The notes beneath the pieces are model-generated. The model did not search any database. It was not told the DNA's origin and saw only the letters and a program-made list of their open reading frames with translations. Below, piece after piece: positions 57,308-64,000 of a stretch of 64,000 nt of DNA. Position 1 is the stretch's first letter, and every line of letters begins with the position of its first letter. Location: contig NC_043001.1 in assembly GCF_006345805.1 (NCBI RefSeq), positions 1,426,001-1,490,000 of the forward strand. Direction: 5' to 3'. This DNA is from Octopus sinensis. Taxonomy: Eukaryota. The translations under genes were made by a program, and so were the position numbers.

Positions 57308-57945
57308 TGTATATTGGCAGGGCTTACTGCTAGGGAGTCGGCCATATGCTAGAAATAGACCATTAACGGTCAAACTACAAGGAAATTCTCTAGAGGAAAA
57401 ATACAGCGAACACCAGAACCAATTTTGGCGGGCATGACAGATGAAAATTTATATAAAAAACAGAATTAAATGCATACCTCGGTTTCAGCCTTAACAAGAG
57501 AATTACTTATGCAATCCAAATGTCCGTGCTTCTTCAGTGCATCCGTTCATAGTAATGTAAACGGAAAAGCTAACCCCAGCTTTCTTGCCGGTACAGACAC
57601 GTGTGTAGCTTTACCGATTACACTAGTGATAAAATTTCAAATGTCTTGGCTCTGGCGCGCTAATAAATTTCTCACGAAAGCTGGGGTTAGCTTTTCCATT
57701 TACATTACTATGAACGGATGCACTGAAGAAGCACGGACATTTGGATTGCATAAGTAATTCTCTTGTTAAGGCTGAAACCGAGGTATGCATTTAATTCTGT
57801 TTTTTATATAAATTTTCATCTGTCATGCCCGCCAAAATTGGTTCTGGTGTTCGCTGTATTTTTCCTCTAGAGAATTTCCTTGTAGTTTGACCGTCGATGG
57901 TCTATTTCTAGCATATGGCCGACTCCCTAGCAGTAAGCCCTGCCA

Positions 57946-57952
<7 letters not shown>
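57308..57952. mobile_element. Foldback/MITE-like element: 277-bp inverted arms with 91-bp spacer, in a TA microsatellite
   Basis: Arms 57308-57584 and 57676-57952 differ at 3 positions. TA|TTGGCAGGG...CCCTGCCAA|TA is compatible with a TA target duplication. Confidence 0.9.
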
Positions 57953-57993
<41 letters not shown>

Positions 57994-59185
57994 ATAATCA
58001 AAATAAGCAACTAGAATGACTCCGGAGTCATTCTTGTTGCTTATTTTGATTATAATCACCCCACAGATTTTTATGGATAACACCGTACAGAATTCTGGTG
58101 TATCTAAATTAAGTACCATATTCATTTGAATCTAAACTTTTGCTGAACTTATATATATGTATATATGCATGCACACATACATGCACACCCATATATATCT
58201 AATGGGCTTCGGTACATAGTCTATTAAGCAAATTTCATTTATTAAGCTTTAATCAATTTGAAGCTATTGCAAGAAGCACTCTCCAAAGTTGCTGCACAGT
58301 GGTATTGAACCTGGAACCACAGGAATCCAAAGACAATTTTTTAACAACACAACCATGCCTGCTAGAATGTTTTTGATCATAGGTATTCTTATTCCGGGCT
58401 GCATCTGAGCTAACCAACAACAACAGCAACAACAAAGAGGCTAAACAGAAAAAGAAAAGGAGAAAAAACAGAAAAAGAAAGTGACAAACTCCACCTCAGC
58501 ATGGATTGAACTCTGATAGCAGACTGATCAAAGTAAATACTGTAACATAGTTTGGTGCTCAACCGTTTCTGCTATCCCACCAGCCTTCTTTACTTCATAT
58601 ATATTCAAAGAAGATTGAAGAATGAAGGAATGATAGATATGAAGTAGAGATTTAGATCACAATGAAACTGATTAGTTTTGAAACCAATATGAGATCTTCT
58701 ATGAAACCTCTTAATCTGCTCAAAATATCATTGAAATCTATGTAGTTTCTCTCCTAATCTGCTCTGAAATAGTAGTCACATCTGGCAGAGCAAATTCACT
58801 ACTTTTCTCAAAATGGAGATATCAGTTTTGAAGTTGTATATCTTGGAAGAATATTGCATGTACTTTCAATAAAGATGAAACACTTCTGATTAGAAATATG
58901 GCTACTCTGTATTGCTTGATTGTCCTCCTGCAGAGTTAAAACAGTTGGCAGTAAACAAGAATAACTGATGAAGAATTATTTAATGGGTTTTCAGAACTAT
59001 GTTAATATTCCGAAGAAGAGGTCTTTGTTAGTCAGGATCATTAGAATACACTCATACATCGGTGTATACATGCACACACAGACACACACACACACATAGA
59101 TAGACAGATAGATAAAGATGTATAGATGTGTGTGTATTTATATATATAAACACACATATACATTTACACACACATGTATGTGTAA

Positions 59186-59224
<39 letters not shown>

Positions 59225-59296
59225 TGCATATTTTGAATTCTATTTTTCCTGTTTACATCAGCATATGTATGTACAGAAATATATACATGCATTTAT

Positions 59297-59332
<36 letters not shown>

Positions 59333-59364
59333 CTTAAAAATACACGTATACATACATTCATACG

Positions 59365-59760
59365 CATATTTATCTGCCATCCTTCCCACTCATTGTACAT
59401 TGGACAAGCTGGTCTGTACCACTCTGACCATTTTGCCAAACATCTTTGGGATACCAAACTTAAGAATAACATCCCATTCTCATGCAATTTCTGCTTGATT
59501 GGTCATTCCCTACAACATCTATTTATGTTTGAACTGATCTTGCATAGAGGTCATCTGGACTCCCACTCCTGCCTAGAGCAGAAATTAATTTTCTTTCTCT
59601 ATACTTCAGTCCCTCATAGTATTAATTCTCCATCCCACTTCATTTGAACACTCTCTTCATACATATTTGTACATACCACTTATGTCTTACCACAACTGAC
59701 CCTTCAACCACTACGACCACCTCACCTACTGGACACTTTTTAACTTATTCCTCAAACCAC
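59365..59760 (+). mobile_element. Penelope-like element, GIY-YIG endonuclease C-terminal relic and 3' region
   Basis: LYIGQAG...DHFAKHL...NFCLIGHSLQHL...LEQKLIFFL...PHSIN matches the PLE GIY-YIG pattern YIGQT...RFxEH...HF...GH...EQxLI...PxGLN. Confidence 0.8.
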
Positions 59761-60739
59761 ACATACTACTTGTATCCAAACAGCATATACATACGCCTGC
59801 ACACATACACACTCCTTCGTCCTACACCACATCTACTTGCACCCATATGCACAACACACTCCTTCTTCTGCTTACACCAGTCCCTTTGATATCCATCTTC
59901 ACACATACAATAGAAGTATATCATCACACAACACCTACACTTCCAAACACCTGCCACTTTTCTCACCTCGGCTCCACTCAACACCTCCATCCAGGATGCC
60001 ACCCCCAACACCCTCCAACAGCACACACGTATGTGAGATAGCCTCACACATACATATAAGCACCCATAAACACATATATACACACACAAACACACAGAAC
60101 ATGCACACATGCAAAATCCTTGTCTGATAGCCTCATATACACATACCAATTGAAAACAAGGCCACATACACACACACACACTGACTCACACACATACATA
60201 CAATATACATGCACACAATTGTGTCACACACACGGTATACACACATACATGTCTCATGTACATATGTATGTCAAATAGCCTCACACACACACATATATAC
60301 ATGCACACACACATTTATACACGCACACACACATGTGCTTGCTCATGCACATGCACTCACACACACATGCATTCCCACACACACACACACATGTGCTTGC
60401 TCATGCACACACACACACACACACATGCCAGGTCACTGTTTCGTCCCTTGTACCCCAAGCCTCAAGCCACTTTCTTCCTATTACACACCTATCACCATAT
60501 GGTAACCATTAAATTCAAGCATGTTTGTTTTCCTCACTTCCTCTTTTATCCCTCTTCATCTATCCTTCTTTTAGAATATTGCAAGTTCAAAAAGTTAAAG
60601 AATTCATCCAAATTTCCTGAGCATCAGCCCCAAGTGCATCCTATTTGTTGTTCCTTTACCGCACCTTTGTTTTTGTTTTTCTTACTTTTGGATTATACAC
60701 ATTTCTATATTGAAATATATGTGTGCATATATATAAATA

Positions 60740-61297
60740 CAGGGTCTTCCAAAAGTTACTGAAGGGTTTCAATTTCTAATAACTTCCTTAACTTCACAAA
60801 TAAATGCATGAAATTATGATACAAAATAAAGGACATAATGGAAATAAATATGCACAAGTCAAATTTTGCAATACCACTAGATCACATATGAAAAATGACA
60901 TCACTTAAATGGCAACCATTTTCGGCTTTGCACACCCATGCTCTTTCCAAACTTTGCAACATAAAACCCTCAAGAGTTTCAGGCCCCACTTCTCTGATTT
61001 CTCTATTAATGTCCTCCTTCAGTTGCACCAGGGTCTCTGGTTTGTTGATGTAAACTCTCTCTTTCAGGTATCCTCACAATAAAAAAATCTGGGCTAGTCA
61101 AGTCTGGGGAATGTGAAGGCCATTCAAAGTAGACCTTACACATGGTTCCAGCAAGATGGGGCAACTGCTCATACCGCAAGAGAAACACTTCAGCAGTGCT
61201 TTGGATAGAGAATAATCTCCTGCTACAGAAATGTCAACTGGCCTTCATCTTCCCCAGACTTGACTAACCTGGATTTTTTCTTGTGAGGATACCTGAA
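60740..61297. mobile_element. rosa(DD41D)-like Tc1/mariner relic with internal inversion
   Basis: TIR TA|CAGGGTCTTCC at 60738. Minus strand WPSHSPDLTSPDFF..*GYLKERVYINKPETL; plus strand WFQQDGATAHTARE...WPSSSPDLTNLDFFL*GYL. Confidence 0.85.
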
Positions 61298-61849
61298 TTT
61301 TAATTATTTATTTTTTTTTTCGTTTTGTTAAAAGTATTCTTTTCAGCTGTCTACAAACACAGCCAGGCTGAAATAATTAATGCATTATTCCACGAGTGAA
61401 TAAAAATTTCTCAAACTTGAGGAGGTTGAGGAGATGGGCCCCTTAGATACTAACATGGGCCCCCATATATGGATTCTAATGGCACAGGGGCCCTCTTTCC
61501 ATCGAGGAAGCTGGCAACCTGGCCTATCTGCAACTGGATATAATAGGTTCTAAGTATTTATTTATTTATCAAAGTCTTACAGCTGTTTTAGATATACATC
61601 TAGTTGTACTCTTGGTCCTAATTTATCAATCAATCGATTTATCAACTGAAAATATAGAGAACTACCACCACAACATTCTCTTCCTCAGAGCAAGGAAATT
61701 CATTTACGTTCTTTCTTAAAAGCAGTGTGTATTACAAAAGCAGTTCAGAAATGCATTCTACAAACTTGAATTTCTCTGTTGGAGCATGTAGTGGGTTGCC
61801 TAGTCCAAGTTGTATTCTTTTAATATTTTTGTCTTCTAAAATTTCTGAT

Positions 61850-62150
61850 CTATTTTTATTTTACCACAGACAAACAAGAAGCAAAGATGTCTCCAAATTG
61901 TGGAATCAAATCCAAAAGATGAGAATAAATTTGTTAAGGAAGTGGAGAAACTCCCAAAATAAAAGTATGGAAATAGAAATAATCAGAAAGTGCAGACTGG
62001 AAACAGAAGTGATGCCTATTGTGATGGAAGTCTTGAAGAGAAGATCCAAATGCATAACCAAAAACCCCAGGTCTCTTACAGAGAATAATACCACAAAGTA
62101 CGAGATACATATCATTGTAGAGTACTTTTAAGATACCAGAATAAACACAC
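61850..62150 (+). mobile_element. Very decayed R4/Dong-like C-terminal fragment
   Basis: MEIEIIRKCRLETEVMPIV resembles KYxDLxIEIxRxWxxxxxVIPIV of the copies at 12-14 kb. Confidence 0.35.
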
Positions 62151-62984
62151 AATCAAAATGTGACATTGTGTACCCAAAGAATATGGAACTGCACCGAGAC
62201 ATGCAGTGAAAGTATGAAATAAAAAATAATGAGAGAATTATAATTATGAACTTCCTGTCATAAGAGAATAGCTAATTAGTTAAATGATATGCTATGTAAG
62301 TTAGCCAGGATGGATGATATAAACTGTGGCTGCTTTTCCATACTTGAAGGATTCAAATGAAAGCGACAAAGCTGGTAATTAAATAGAAAATCTTCTCATA
62401 AATGTTTAGCAGCTAATAACACCTCTCTCTCTATCTGTGTGTGTGTGTATGTGTTTATATATATATGTATATAAAGAGAGAGTGAGAGAGAAAGATAGAA
62501 AGAAAGAAATGAACGTGTGTGAACATATATATATATATATGTATGTGTGTATGTATGTATGTATGTATGTGTGTATCCTCTCCACTGTCACCATCGCCAC
62601 TGTCATTGTTTCAACATCTTCTGTTGCATTCTCGCATGTTTCAAGTAGAATTCTGTGAGGAGAATTTTCTGCAACTGGAAGTCCTTCCTGTCATCGACTC
62701 TCACCTGATCATGACTAAGGTATTAGTTTCACTGAGTACAGATATTATTTTCACAGGAGATTGGAAACAAGTAAGTTCACTTGAAACATAATGTGATGTT
62801 TCTGTTTGTATGATGTTAAGACAAGCAAATAGAAGCACACACACACACACACACACACGCACTCACACAGACAACAGACATATGTACCTGCATGGAAAAC
62901 AGACATTAAATGATGATGATGATAATATATATTTATATGCTGCTGCTGATTATATATACAGAGGGGAGAATTCACAAAAAAACA

Positions 62985-63145
62985 AAAGACGAAGACAAGT
63001 GGTGTAGACAACAAACAGATGTATTAGTTTAACACTCGAGAAGTGAAAAAGTCTTTAACGTTTCGAACCTATGCTCTTCCACAGAAAGGAACACAGAACA
63101 AGGAGAGAAAAAATGTGTGTGGTGGCTAGCAATCTATCATGGCGA
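62985..63145 (-). mobile_element. Penelope-like terminal repeat, copy 2, with hammerhead-like core
   Basis: Same family as 41730-41905. Confidence 0.55.
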
Positions 63146-63154
63146 ATATATATA

Positions 63155-63700
63155 CTCAGGCCTATTCCCCATTTTTTTAGGAGTGGGTAGCCACAAGAAG
63201 ACACACACTAGGCATTCCATTCCTTTTCCCAGCTCAAAGAGGTGAGCCCCATTCTATGCTAGAGTGAAAGCATAGAACACAACCTTCAATATCAGCAGTG
63301 AGGCCCAACAGCATCATGCTGTTACCCCGCCACATCATGCTGGTTCTGTACTCCTTTGAGCAACATTCATCCATCCACAATTCACTCATCCATCCACAAA
63401 CACCCTCTAGGCTGAGAGACATGGAAAGGAGGCAACTAGATGTGTTTGAGATGAGATGTCTGAGGGCTATGTTTGGTGTGACATGGATGGACAGGATGAA
63501 GAGGTGCAAAGGTGAGCAGGAATGAGAGAAAAACTAACAACCAAAATGGATAGACAAATGTTGAGGTGGTTTGGCCACATGGAGAGGATGGCTGAGCAGC
63601 GGATGGTAAGTTGGGTGATGAAGGCAGAAGTGGTAGGCAGCAGAACCAGAGGCAGACCTCGGTTTGTGTGGATGGATGGAGTGAGAAAAGCTTTGGTGGA
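63155..63700. mobile_element. RTE (BovB-like) LINE fragment with apparent 5' inversion
   Basis: Plus 63407-63700 reads LRDMERRQLDVFEMRCLRAMFGVTWMDR...LRWFGHMERM...GRPRFVWMDGVRKAL. The minus strand of 63155-63405 reads as the downstream 3' end. Confidence 0.8.
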
Positions 63701-64000
63701 TATATATATATATATGTATATTACTGTTCATGTTTGTTTCCATGTAAAGTGAAGAATAAAAACAGTCAGACATTGGTTGGTGGACCATTCAATACTTTTA
63801 AGTTGATAATCGAATTTATTTGCGGAAGGGAAAAGTTGACAGTAACTTTGAAGCTTTATTTTTTGTTAGATCAGAGAGGATAGAAGAGAAAGAAAAAGAG
63901 TTTTAGCCTGAAGGATCTATTATTGATAGGCAAATATATATGCTAAATCTATTGGTATTGGCATGGACTGGTTCTGAACTAGACCTGTGAGATTATTGTT

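Overview
This is a very AT-rich, microsatellite-dense eukaryotic window. The SINE families and LINE tails point to Octopus (inference). No long intact protein-coding ORF is present, and nearly every ORF in the supplied track comes from (TA)n/(CA)n/(ATC)n repeats or transposon relics. Decayed mobile elements recognisable from their translations include an RTE-group LINE with a PHD-like finger next to RT motif 7, three or four R4/Dong-type fragments, one HERO-type 3' relic and a second RTE family. There are also Penelope-like RT and GIY-YIG fragments, three Tc1/mariner subfamilies (maT-like, mariner, rosa-like) and at least three tRNA-derived SINE families. The most notable structures are: minimal hammerhead-ribozyme-like motifs in Penelope-like termini (best at 50408-50455); a 277-bp-arm, ~99% identical inverted repeat whose only mismatches fall on CpGs (57308-57952); three internally inverted transposon copies; a textbook AG|GTAAGT recursive-splice-like site (19542/19543); a 2.1-kb (AAT)n array; and a set of phase-compatible candidate micro-exons on the minus strand. 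No host gene could be identified with confidence; all exon calls are hypotheses from splice signals only.
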